Source: a virus (taxonomy: Duplodnaviria; Caudoviricetes). From it: 64,000 nt of DNA. Made by a program: the position numbers and the translations under genes. Where the stretch lies: positions 4,724 to 68,723 of IMG/VR virus record IMGVR_UViG_3300009868_000005; one strand, given 5' to 3'. The notes under the pieces were generated by a model, which searched no databases, was not told where the DNA came from, and saw nothing but the letters and a program-made list of their open reading frames with translations. Shown here piece by piece: positions 53,554 through 61,848 of the stretch (position 1 is its first letter; each line of letters begins with the position of its first letter).

Positions 53554-54030
53554 ATGTCAATTCGAACCGGAATTCGACTTGGAACCATGCTGGCGAAGAC
53601 GCCGAGCTTGCTCGGGGTCGGGCAGGACCAAACCTATCCCGTGGTGACCTCGCTTCCCTTCGTCTCCGAGGCGGGCATCATGGATCTTCCCTCGGGTTGG
53701 ACCGTTGGGGACCACGGCGAGTTTCGGCACGTCAGTGGGCTTCTCGTCATCGCGAGCGAGGAATGGGTTGCCGACACCCCCGAGGGCGAGGAAGGGTGCG
53801 TGTGGCTGCACGTCAGCCTGTCGCATCGCTACCGCCTTCCCGACTGGAACGACCTTCGCCGTGTGAAAAGCGCGTTCATCGGGCCAGACAGGGTTGCGGT
53901 CATGGTGCTTCCCCCGGACGAGGAGTACATCAACGATCACCCCAACGTGCACCACCTGTGGTGCAACCTCGACCACCGGGCAACGCCCGACTTCAGGCGA
54001 TTTCACCCTGGCCTTGGAATGACCCTGTGA
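53554..54030 (+). CDS. Conserved phage protein (HVSLSH..LPxW..YIN.HP type)
   Basis: WLHVSLSHRYRLPDW...PPDEEYINDHPNVHHLW. Promoter TTGACG(53519)-N17-TAAGCA(53542)-N6-ATG. Confidence 0.75.
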   Translation: MSIRTGIRLGTMLAKTPSLLGVGQDQTYPVVTSLPFVSEAGIMDLPSGWTVGDHGEFRHVSGLLVIASEEWVADTPEGEEGCVWLHVSLSHRYRLPDWNDLRRVKSAFIGPDRVAVMVLPPDEEYINDHPNVHHLWCNLDHRATPDFRRFHPGLGMTL

Positions 54031-54038
54031 GGTGAGCC

Positions 54039-54254
54039 ATGATGGATGCGCTCTTCGTAGCTTCCGCCTCGCTGTGCATGATCACCTTGCTGCTGATGTT
54101 TGCCTACCAGTACGGGAGGATGCTTTCGCTCGAGCGGCGTGTGGCTGGTTTGGAGCGACGCAACGCTGATTCCGATCGTGCGTACGACGCGGCACGCAAC
54201 GGCCGCAAGGTCACAAGGCCACTCACCATCGACGGACGCTTGGACGTGCAGTGA
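54039..54254 (+). CDS. Small TM protein
   Basis: GAGGTGA RBS; hydrophobic N-terminus. Confidence 0.6.
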   Translation: MMDALFVASASLCMITLLLMFAYQYGRMLSLERRVAGLERRNADSDRAYDAARNGRKVTRPLTIDGRLDVQ

Positions 54255-54275
54255 TTACACCGAAGGGGATAGACA

Positions 54276-54800
54276 ATGGCAAGCACCCGAATGCGAGTAG
54301 GCGAGATCGTCTACGATGAGAAAAAGCAGGTAGTCGCCAGGTTCATGCATGGCGCGTGGTACCGAGAACGAAAGCGCTCGGCCACGATCGAATTCGAGCC
54401 CGTGGAGCCCGAGCAGGCGAAGGCGTTTGACGCCATGCCGAACGTTCTTTCGCTCGAAATGTCCCATGGGGAGCTTGCGATCGTGGACGTGGTGCGACGC
54501 GCCCTCTCCACGAGGGGCATCTCTTCGCAGACTCGTCAACTGGTGACCGACGCGGTTGACGATGGGGTTGCGCTCGGGCTTCGGAGGCACGGACCCTTCG
54601 ACCCGGCCAAGGAGACCCGGGATCTGGCCCGCATGGCTCAGGGCAAGGTCCGAAACGCGATCGTCTACTGTGCCATGCTCTGGATGCAGCGGAGCCCCAG
54701 CGGGTCTGCGTTCTCGCAGGCAGGGGAGCTTCAAGACATCATGATCGGGCTGTCGGTGCTTTGGATGAGGCTTGAGTATTTGGCAAGTGGGGAGGAGTAG
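54276..54800 (+). CDS. Hypothetical protein
   Basis: AAGGGG RBS; helical. Confidence 0.6.
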   Translation: MASTRMRVGEIVYDEKKQVVARFMHGAWYRERKRSATIEFEPVEPEQAKAFDAMPNVLSLEMSHGELAIVDVVRRALSTRGISSQTRQLVTDAVDDGVALGLRRHGPFDPAKETRDLARMAQGKVRNAIVYCAMLWMQRSPSGSAFSQAGELQDIMIGLSVLWMRLEYLASGEE

Positions 54801-54897
54801 ACATGGCGCTCAACCCAAGTTGCAACAACATCGATCGTACTCGTCTGCCGGTGATAGGAGATCCCCCTTTTCCCCCTGCCGTTGCGGAGAAGGCCAA

Positions 54898-54956
54898 GTG
54901 GGATCGAGTGGAGGTGCGTGGTGAGTGATTCCGACGTTGAATGCTACTCCGAAGCC
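54898..54956 (+). repeat. Gene-junction repeat copy A (59 bp)
   Basis: gtgggatcgagtggaggtgcgtggtgagtgattccgacgttgaatgctactccgaagcc. Confidence 0.95.
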
Positions 54957-55823
54957 ACGTCTCGTCGATCCCGCAAGGCACGGCACGCAACGAGAGAGGC
55001 ACAGACAGAAGCCGGCGCCGGCACTTTCTACTCCTTCGGACTAGCCCGTTTGCTGCGACTCATTGACATCGCGGTTGAACGCGGGCCGCTCACAAGAGCA
55101 GACGCCCAGCAGCTACTTGAGCTCAAGTGGGAAGACCGGTTTCGAAGATACGAGCGCTTCTTGGTATCGGGAGGGCTTCTCAGCACGTCAGGGGACCAGC
55201 TGGTCCCGACGGATGATCTGAGAGAATTGCGTGCCGCACTGTTGCAGGGGAACGCAGAGACTGCTGGTGCGAAATTCCTCAACACACCATCCCTCCGGGC
55301 AGCATGGGACATGGTCTGTGGTGCGTCGAAGAGCAATACAGATGAGCACCCGCCAGACCTGATCGCGAAGCTCGGGTCTAGCAAATCAGGGTACCTCCAC
55401 TTGGGTGAAGCTTGCGAGTTCTGGCTGGTTAGCCCCGATCGCGGTGTTGTCCCAACTACGAACCGACCCGTACCTCAGGATTTCGCGGCGGTTGGGGCAA
55501 AGGCCTACCAGGATCTCTCACACCGGGAGCACACGGAATGGGTACTCACGGGGATGTGGCTCGAAGAGCTTGCATCGACTCACGCCATCCACCCAGCAGT
55601 GGCACGCCGACTTACCGCAATCGCTCGAGAGCGGCGACATCTGACTCTATATGTCGAAGGCTCAACCCCCGACACGAGGTTCGACGATAGAACGGTGTGG
55701 CGCATCGACACCGATGCGACTGGGCTCGTCGCCACAAAGGAGTTCCTCTACAGGGGCGACTACCTGATGCCCGGCACCGCGGCGGTGCGCCTGAAGATCC
55801 GTGAGGATGCCAATGGCGCTTGA
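54921..55823 (+). CDS. Chimeric ORF: repeat-derived MSDSDVECYSEA + foreign-looking body
   Basis: GGAGGT RBS and GTG lie inside repeat A. The body is AT-richer and contains LYVEGSTPDTRF. Confidence 0.65.
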   Translation: MSDSDVECYSEATSRRSRKARHATREAQTEAGAGTFYSFGLARLLRLIDIAVERGPLTRADAQQLLELKWEDRFRRYERFLVSGGLLSTSGDQLVPTDDLRELRAALLQGNAETAGAKFLNTPSLRAAWDMVCGASKSNTDEHPPDLIAKLGSSKSGYLHLGEACEFWLVSPDRGVVPTTNRPVPQDFAAVGAKAYQDLSHREHTEWVLTGMWLEELASTHAIHPAVARRLTAIARERRHLTLYVEGSTPDTRFDDRTVWRIDTDATGLVATKEFLYRGDYLMPGTAAVRLKIREDANGA

Positions 55824-55824
55824 T

Positions 55825-55926
55825 GTGAACCACTTCGCGAAAATGTGGCTGATGGAGTTGAACTGGTGGGATCGAGTGGAGGTGCGTGGTGAGTGATTCC
55901 GACGTGGAGTGCTACTCCGAAGCCGA
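55825..55926 (+). repeat. Gene-junction repeat copy B (102 bp)
   Basis: 3 mismatches to copy C; 59-bp core at 55866..55924. Confidence 0.95.
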
Positions 55927-56194
55927 TAATCCGGCAGAATGCAGGATACGTCCAGAGCATTTGAAGCGCTTCCGCAAGGCTTGCAACGAACTCAATGCGG
56001 TAATGCGTCGGATACAGGAGTATGAGCCAGAGGCCAGATACTACCTGCAAGAAGACATGCTGCTACTTATGACAGGTCCCAGCCATAGCGATATTGGCGG
56101 CTTGCATCCGCATTCAAATCATCGAAGTGAACCACTTCGCGAAAATGTGGCTGATGGAGTTGAACTGGTGGGATCGATTGGAGGTGCGTGGTGA
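55889..56194 (+). CDS. Hypothetical protein, starts MSDSDVECYSEA, ends EPLRENVADGVELVGSIGGAW
   Basis: Both termini are encoded by repeats B and C. Confidence 0.65.
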   Translation: MSDSDVECYSEADNPAECRIRPEHLKRFRKACNELNAVMRRIQEYEPEARYYLQEDMLLLMTGPSHSDIGGLHPHSNHRSEPLRENVADGVELVGSIGGAW

Positions 56195-56228
56195 GTGATT
56201 CCGACGTTGAATGCTACTCCGAAGCCGA
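56127..56228 (+). repeat. Gene-junction repeat copy C (102 bp)
   Basis: 302 bp after copy B; core at 56168..56226. Confidence 0.95.
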
Positions 56229-56811
56229 GTACATCAAGCAGCATGTCGAGATGGCCGACAAGAGCCTCAAGGATCTTGCCATTCTTCGACACGATAATTG
56301 GCCCGGTGGCGGTCTCGTCATCGTCGGCAACCCGAACGGCAGTAGCTGCTACCGATGCGAGATCGTGCTCGTGCCTTCCGGCCACCTCATTCTCACCGGG
56401 GACCTCGACACGATGGTGTGGGGCCGTTTCGGTGGGGGGGCGGTGCGTGAGGCGATTCATTGGATGGCAAGATCCGACGTGTCCTACTACGTGAAGCAGA
56501 AGGCCAACATCGGCATGGGGAGGATCGGGTGTGAGGAGTTCGAGCTTCCCGTCGCGATTTGGGAGGCGAGGGAATACCTTCGGGATGCGCAAAGGGACGA
56601 GTGCAGCAGCGCAGAGAAGTGGAAGATAATCGTCGCCAAGCTTGAGAGCGAAGACGAGGAGTGGAGTCACTACTTGGTCTCGGAGCTGCTCTACAATACG
56701 CTCTGCGACTGCGAGTACCCGAACCTGGGCATGGTCCCGAGCCAGCGCCTGCTCTGGGCCTGGTCGCTACTTCGCAAGGCCGATGCACTCTTTCACCTAA
56801 AGGGGCCATGA
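56191..56811 (+). CDS. Hypothetical phage protein, starts MSDSDVECYSEA
   Basis: LILTGDLDTMVWGRF...YYVKQK, a typical phage accessory sequence. Confidence 0.7.
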   Translation: MSDSDVECYSEAEYIKQHVEMADKSLKDLAILRHDNWPGGGLVIVGNPNGSSCYRCEIVLVPSGHLILTGDLDTMVWGRFGGGAVREAIHWMARSDVSYYVKQKANIGMGRIGCEEFELPVAIWEAREYLRDAQRDECSSAEKWKIIVAKLESEDEEWSHYLVSELLYNTLCDCEYPNLGMVPSQRLLWAWSLLRKADALFHLKGP

Positions 56812-57269
56812 TGGGCAAGTGGAAGCTACGAGCCAAAGAATTCAGTCGAATCTGCGACGCATACAGTGCCGCCTTCGATGAGGTCCAGGACCTTGTCTGC
56901 GAGCCTGATGAGCGGCAATTCGGCGTGAGGCATACAATAGATCTGCTGCGTAGTAGAATGATAGAGCTGCAACAACTTAGGGTCCTGCGACTGAGACAGA
57001 ATGCGGAGGACTGGGGCGAGGTTGCTGGTAGCGTGCTTGGACCCATGCTTGGCCCGATGATTACCGAGCCCGAGGAGCGGGTGTGCAGCGGGCGCGGCGT
57101 GCATGGCCAATACATCACGCTATGGGGCACATGGTTTGGGCGTGTCACCCCCTGCGCCACCATGACCGGGTGCAGGCGAATCCTGGTCTACGGGTTCTGC
57201 CAGCCGCTGTCGTGGAATACGGCAGGTCATGCCCACCCATGCCTCGATGCGTGCAAAGGTGCAAGATAG
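56808..57269 (+). CDS. Hypothetical protein
   Basis: ATGA coupling; Cys/His-rich tail. Confidence 0.5.
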   Translation: MMGKWKLRAKEFSRICDAYSAAFDEVQDLVCEPDERQFGVRHTIDLLRSRMIELQQLRVLRLRQNAEDWGEVAGSVLGPMLGPMITEPEERVCSGRGVHGQYITLWGTWFGRVTPCATMTGCRRILVYGFCQPLSWNTAGHAHPCLDACKGAR

Positions 57270-57279
57270 GAGAGATGCC

Positions 57280-57489
57280 ATGAACAGATTCTGGATGGTT
57301 TGGTCTCCGAGCGGAAATTCTCCGACGTATCAACACAAGACGATGGGCTCTGCGGAGACGGAAGCCTGTCGCCTAGCAAGGCTGCATTGCGGTAAAGAGT
57401 TCTACATCCTCGCTGCTGAGAAGATGATCGTCAAGCGAGACCTGGACATTGTCGAGCTTCGGGAACAGGAAAGGGAGATTCCTTTCTAA
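57280..57489 (+). CDS. Small phage protein
   Basis: FWMVW...PTYQH...AETEACRLA; AGGAGA RBS. Confidence 0.65.
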   Translation: MNRFWMVWSPSGNSPTYQHKTMGSAETEACRLARLHCGKEFYILAAEKMIVKRDLDIVELREQEREIPF

Positions 57490-57495
57490 CATGGG

Positions 57496-57861
57496 ATGGT
57501 TATGGCATCGTACGAGTCTCGACTCAGGATCCCGGTCTTTGGCGGCAGAGTTGACACGTACACGGGGAAGAACAAAATCCTCGTGGCCCGCAGCTATCGT
57601 CGCGTCGTCATTGGTGGTAGAGGTCCCTATGTCGAGTTTCGGCCCGACGACTTGGTAGTGGCTGTCGAAAGTGTCGACACGCCGCATTACTACTACGAGG
57701 AGGGGCAAATCGATGGGGTCAAGGTCTACAGGCAGCGAAAGCGCGTGCAGTATGCCGACTATGTCCCAGGGCTGCTGTACCTGTCGCCGTTCGAGTTGTA
57801 CCTGCCCGATGGGCAATGCATCATAGAAAAGAAAGGGGACGGGCAATTGAGCCTGTTTTAG
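57496..57861 (+). CDS. Hypothetical phage protein
   Basis: YRRVVIGGRGPYVEF...VQYADY. Confidence 0.65.
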   Translation: MVMASYESRLRIPVFGGRVDTYTGKNKILVARSYRRVVIGGRGPYVEFRPDDLVVAVESVDTPHYYYEEGQIDGVKVYRQRKRVQYADYVPGLLYLSPFELYLPDGQCIIEKKGDGQLSLF

Positions 57862-58036
57862 ACATGGGACTTTACTACTACGTACCCAGACTCTTCACGA
57901 TGCCGATGCGCGTACTGCCTATCGACACTACGCCGTTTATTCTCATCCCTCGCTCTCTCGGAGAGGCGAGGCATGTTCGCCAGCACTGGTCCCGAAAGGC
58001 TCGCCGTAGGTACGAGCGAGCCGTTGAAAGGCTGAA

Positions 58037-58663
58037 GTGATGGAGATCTACATCCCAGGCATCAGACTCGTCTCGCCGAACGTAACGTTTCGGAACGCTT
58101 CCATGTTGAGCCGTATGCGAACGGCCAAGCAGGCGCGAAAGCAGCGAGCAGACACTCTCCTGGTCCTTCAGACCCAGAAGCGCCCGAAGCTCCCCGTTGC
58201 CGTCACTATCACCCATCACGGCCCAAGCGAAATCGATGGGCACGACAACCTATCTGTCGCGGCAAAACACGTCACAGACGCTGTTGCGGAATGGTTCGGG
58301 GTAGCGGATAAGGACAAGCGCATCAGTTGGCGCTACGAACAGGAGAGATCGTCTCGCTACGCCGTTTCCATCCTAATCGAGATGAGACTCACGCTGATGT
58401 CGGACCTCGAGCAGTGCAAGGTTCGGCTCGCCAACGCGGTGAAGGCGGCGAGGCTGTGGAAGAGACGAGCCACCTCCTACCACGTTGACATCCTCGATGA
58501 GCTTCGCGCTCGAAAAGGGGACGAGTGGACAACGGGCTTTCACGACGCGATCTGCGGCCTGCCTCTGGACGAGAAGCTGCGGGAAAGTCGATCGTACAAG
58601 ATGGGTTGGGAAGATGGGAAGTGCCCGTCTGTCTTTCCATCCGCAAGGAAGAAGTCACAATGA
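58037..58663 (+). CDS. RusA-like Holliday junction resolvase fused to an extra C-terminal segment
   Basis: VAVTITH...DGHDNLSVAAKHVTDAV...GVADKD...RYEQ. Confidence 0.65.
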   Translation: MMEIYIPGIRLVSPNVTFRNASMLSRMRTAKQARKQRADTLLVLQTQKRPKLPVAVTITHHGPSEIDGHDNLSVAAKHVTDAVAEWFGVADKDKRISWRYEQERSSRYAVSILIEMRLTLMSDLEQCKVRLANAVKAARLWKRRATSYHVDILDELRARKGDEWTTGFHDAICGLPLDEKLRESRSYKMGWEDGKCPSVFPSARKKSQ

Positions 58664-58986
58664 GTCTCGGCGTCTACCTCGACAGGTCGTGTCCTCACTG
58701 CGGCGCTAGGTTTGACGTGGAAGTCACCGACGGCATCACGTACAACCTCATGCCCATGTTTCGCGAGGCGGGATGGGACCACACGCTCTACGATGGGTGG
58801 ACCGGGGCGATGATGCTTCCCGTTGCGCAGGCCGCGCTCGATGCCCTGAAGAAAGATCCTGAACGGTTCCAGGCGCTCAACCCCTCGAACGGGTGGGGCT
58901 CGTACTCGGACTCCATCTGGTTTTTCAGTAGGCTGGTTGGAGCGTGCGAGCAGAATCCCGACCATATCATGCGATTCAATAGGTGA
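58660..58986 (+). CDS. Hypothetical phage protein
   Basis: ITYNL..MF...LNPSNGWGSY; ATGA coupling. Confidence 0.7.
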   Translation: MSLGVYLDRSCPHCGARFDVEVTDGITYNLMPMFREAGWDHTLYDGWTGAMMLPVAQAALDALKKDPERFQALNPSNGWGSYSDSIWFFSRLVGACEQNPDHIMRFNR

Positions 58987-58990
58987 TCCA

Positions 58991-59293
58991 ATGTGCGAAA
59001 CGACAAGCCTGAATCGGTCTATCGACCGTCTCGCCGACGAGGTAGAAAATGGGCATCTGCTTGCCTCGATGGGCGGCACGTACCTCATCGACGCCGCGAC
59101 TCGGACGATCCTCGAATGCAAGCAACGCCAGGAAGCCTCTCGAGCCCTCTGGGGGTTGTGCGAGAAGTTCGTCAGGGACAACCAAATCTCGTGCGCGGAG
59201 TCGGTGTACCAGAACGATCACGTCATCGAGAACGGCTACGAGCTTATCGCCAAGATCTGCGGGATCGTAGGGTTTCACAATGAGGAGGCGTAA
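58991..59293 (+). CDS. Hypothetical protein
   Basis: AGGTGA RBS. Confidence 0.6.
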   Translation: MCETTSLNRSIDRLADEVENGHLLASMGGTYLIDAATRTILECKQRQEASRALWGLCEKFVRDNQISCAESVYQNDHVIENGYELIAKICGIVGFHNEEA

Positions 59294-59419
59294 TGGGTTT
59301 TGAATTGACCGACAACGAAGCCGAAGATATTGTCAATCGGACAGGCGACTGCTCCGAGTCCGGGATCCCATGCGTCAGCCAGGATCTCAAAACGATAGGG
59401 TTGCACAAGGAGTGATCCA

Positions 59420-59923
59420 ATGGCATGGGTATCAAAGGTTGCGGAAATCTACTGCTGCACCGTTTGCAAAATCGTTGGTAGCTCGCTCACCCTTGCGGTG
59501 CAATTTGATGCAAAAAAGAGCGCGCACTGCCGCGTGATTTCATTGCAGCAGGTTGCTTTTGGCCGGCGTCGCAAGAAGATCCTGCGCGACCTGAAAGCCC
59601 GGGGGTGGTACGTCTGGCGTCGCAAGACGTGCCTACCAACGTGGAACGTCGAAGCAAGTCGATGGAAGAGGAGGAAATTTACACAGTGCATTTGCCCTGA
59701 ATGTCTTCTCAAGGCTCGCAATGGGCAGGAAGGCCTTCGCTTGACCGAGAGCGGGCCTGGCGGCATCTTGGGCGAGGGGGCAGGGATGTCGAAGTACGTC
59801 AACATCGAGTGGGCAGAAGGTGGTACGAATCCGGGAGACGGCACCGGAAGAATGACATCGGTCGCGTTCGAGAGGTGCCTTCGCAATCACAGAATGCATG
59901 TTTTGAAACTTCGTGAACGGTGA
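59420..59923 (+). CDS. Basic Cys-containing hypothetical protein
   Basis: AGGAG RBS; CCTVC and CICPEC. Confidence 0.5.
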   Translation: MAWVSKVAEIYCCTVCKIVGSSLTLAVQFDAKKSAHCRVISLQQVAFGRRRKKILRDLKARGWYVWRRKTCLPTWNVEASRWKRRKFTQCICPECLLKARNGQEGLRLTESGPGGILGEGAGMSKYVNIEWAEGGTNPGDGTGRMTSVAFERCLRNHRMHVLKLRER

Positions 59924-60429
59924 CGCGCAAGGAGTGGAAGGCGTACAAGGCAAGCAAGGAGTACAGAATGGCACAGCTGCGCGCTCTTCCCTCCTCACGC
60001 TACCTCGTGCAAAATCATCGCATGAGGATCCGAAAGATCAACGGCTGGCGCTTCTCGTACCCCACTCGAGCCCGCGAATGGATGGTGGGAAGCCAGCGGT
60101 GTGCCAACGCTCTGACCGGCTGGCTCGAGGCCGCGATCGACCTGATGTACCAGGGGATGGGTGTCAAAAGAGCCCAGAAGTGGTGGCACGACTCGGTGCG
60201 TGACAGCGTTGACGGTACAAACTGGTGCCTTGACGCTCTCGACAGCGAGCCCCGAGAGGAAGCCTACGCGGTGCTGAAGCGCGTAGGTTGGATCCTGTCT
60301 GGGGCGCACATTCGTGAGGGGTCGCAGGTTCGACCCGAAAAGTGGCTCGAGGGCGAGAGGGTTCTCAATGCCTCGATGGTCGCCTCGCAGGACGAAGAGA
60401 TGCGCTTTCGGAAGCTGAATTTTCGATGA
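59920..60429 (+). CDS. Hypothetical protein
   Basis: GTGA and ATGA couplings. Confidence 0.6.
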   Translation: MTRKEWKAYKASKEYRMAQLRALPSSRYLVQNHRMRIRKINGWRFSYPTRAREWMVGSQRCANALTGWLEAAIDLMYQGMGVKRAQKWWHDSVRDSVDGTNWCLDALDSEPREEAYAVLKRVGWILSGAHIREGSQVRPEKWLEGERVLNASMVASQDEEMRFRKLNFR

Positions 60430-61388
60430 AGTACCGGCGCAACCCGAACTTGATCGACCGCGAGGTGGGCCTCGAAATCCGGGACGCCATCGTGTCCAAT
60501 CGGGCGAAGATCTTCCGTCACCTCCCCGAGAAGATCGGTCAGGTGGGCAGCCTCCTTGGAGCGGGCCACTACGGCATGGTCTACGAGACGGCCGACCCGT
60601 GCTGGGTCTTCAAGGCGACCACGGACCCGTGGGAGGCAGCCTTCGCTCTCGTTCAGCGAGGCGGGGCAATCTCTCTTGATCCTGGCGTGGGCGTGGTGTT
60701 CTACGGGTTCGTCCAGTACGTGAAGCGATTGCCAGGGTGCCGCCGGCCGCTTTTCGTTGTGGTTCGGTCAGCCGTTCGCGACCTTGGTTTCATCACGTCC
60801 ACGGACAGCTGGCAGGCGGACGCTCTCTGGACTTTCAAGAGCCACACCGAAGCGGTCGGCATGGTCATCGAAAGCCTGTCCTCCCCGCGGAAGCGCAGCG
60901 ATTTCAAGAAGCGCCTGCTCGAGTACGAGTGGATGCTCGAGCAAGACATGGACCCGTACGACGAGCAGCATCGAGATCTCCAGGCGATTGCCTACTCGGA
61001 CGAGATGGACGCATCGTCCGACAGCGAGGAAAGCCATCTCCGATCGCTTCACATGCGGGGGGACCCCGAGCCAGAGCTTACCTTGGCGACCGCCGCCAAG
61101 CTCGTGCTTGCCAAGACGATTGCGAGCGAGAACAGGGGATTGAGAGGACCGGAAGCCGACGTGTGGAAGGTTCTGCACGAGTACGCGGACGGAAACGTGC
61201 TCCTTGCCGACGTTCACTTCGGAAACATCGGGCGATACGCCCCGGGTTGTGTTCCCGAAGAGGCGTGCTCACCGGATGGGTGGATCATTTCGGACCCAGG
61301 TCACGGGGTGATCTTGGACGATGGGTTTGCCTCGGACGTGGCCGAGGCGTTCTGCCCCACACCATTCAGCGTGCTCGTTCCCTGGTAG
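60426..61388 (+). CDS. Protein-kinase-like (PKL) enzyme 2
   Basis: LLGAGHYGMVY, WVFKAT, DPWE, ADVHFGN (DxxxxN), ISDPG. N-terminal MKYRRNP. Confidence 0.82.
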   Translation: MKYRRNPNLIDREVGLEIRDAIVSNRAKIFRHLPEKIGQVGSLLGAGHYGMVYETADPCWVFKATTDPWEAAFALVQRGGAISLDPGVGVVFYGFVQYVKRLPGCRRPLFVVVRSAVRDLGFITSTDSWQADALWTFKSHTEAVGMVIESLSSPRKRSDFKKRLLEYEWMLEQDMDPYDEQHRDLQAIAYSDEMDASSDSEESHLRSLHMRGDPEPELTLATAAKLVLAKTIASENRGLRGPEADVWKVLHEYADGNVLLADVHFGNIGRYAPGCVPEEACSPDGWIISDPGHGVILDDGFASDVAEAFCPTPFSVLVPW

Positions 61389-61641
61389 GGTTCCGGCATA
61401 TCAATCCACGCCCAATCTGGGTTCCATTCCCTTTCCGGGGAAATGACTTCGTACCCTCCGAAGCGAGCCAGGATGGAGCCGTCCGGGTTCACAGTGAGCG
61501 CAGCAGAAAGGGCGAAAGGGTCCGTCGGACAAGGGCTATCATGCCCGCTGAAAAGAACCACGATTCCCTTCGTCTGGGTGACAGGGCGGGGATCGGTTCG
61601 CTTCCACTCGATCATTTTTCGACCTCCTTCTTGCGATCTCT

Positions 61642-61848
61642 CTACCAAGACTTGAGCTTGAGCAATTCCTTGAGGGCGTGAGCACACGCCCCGCACAGAT
61701 CGAACGGTCTCGGGCCAGGCACGTACTCGCGATCACTCGCTTCCGTTCGCACCTTCTGCGTCGTAATGCTCACCCAATCTCTTTCGGTGGCTTTCGATAG
61801 GGGTTCAGACTTCTTGCAGACGTCGCACGTTATGGTCATCTCCTTCAT
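61642..61848 (-). CDS. Small Zn-binding protein
   Basis: ITCDVC...DLCGAC; GAAGGAGG RBS. Confidence 0.65.
   Translation of the reverse strand: MKEMTITCDVCKKSEPLSKATERDWVSITTQKVRTEASDREYVPGPRPFDLCGACAHALKELLKLKSW

Noticed and set aside
54898-56228. CRISPR array or integron attC sites
   Set aside because: Spacers are 968 and 302 bp and coding, the repeats are not palindromic and lack RYYYAAC/GTTRRRY ends, and no cas or integrase gene is present.
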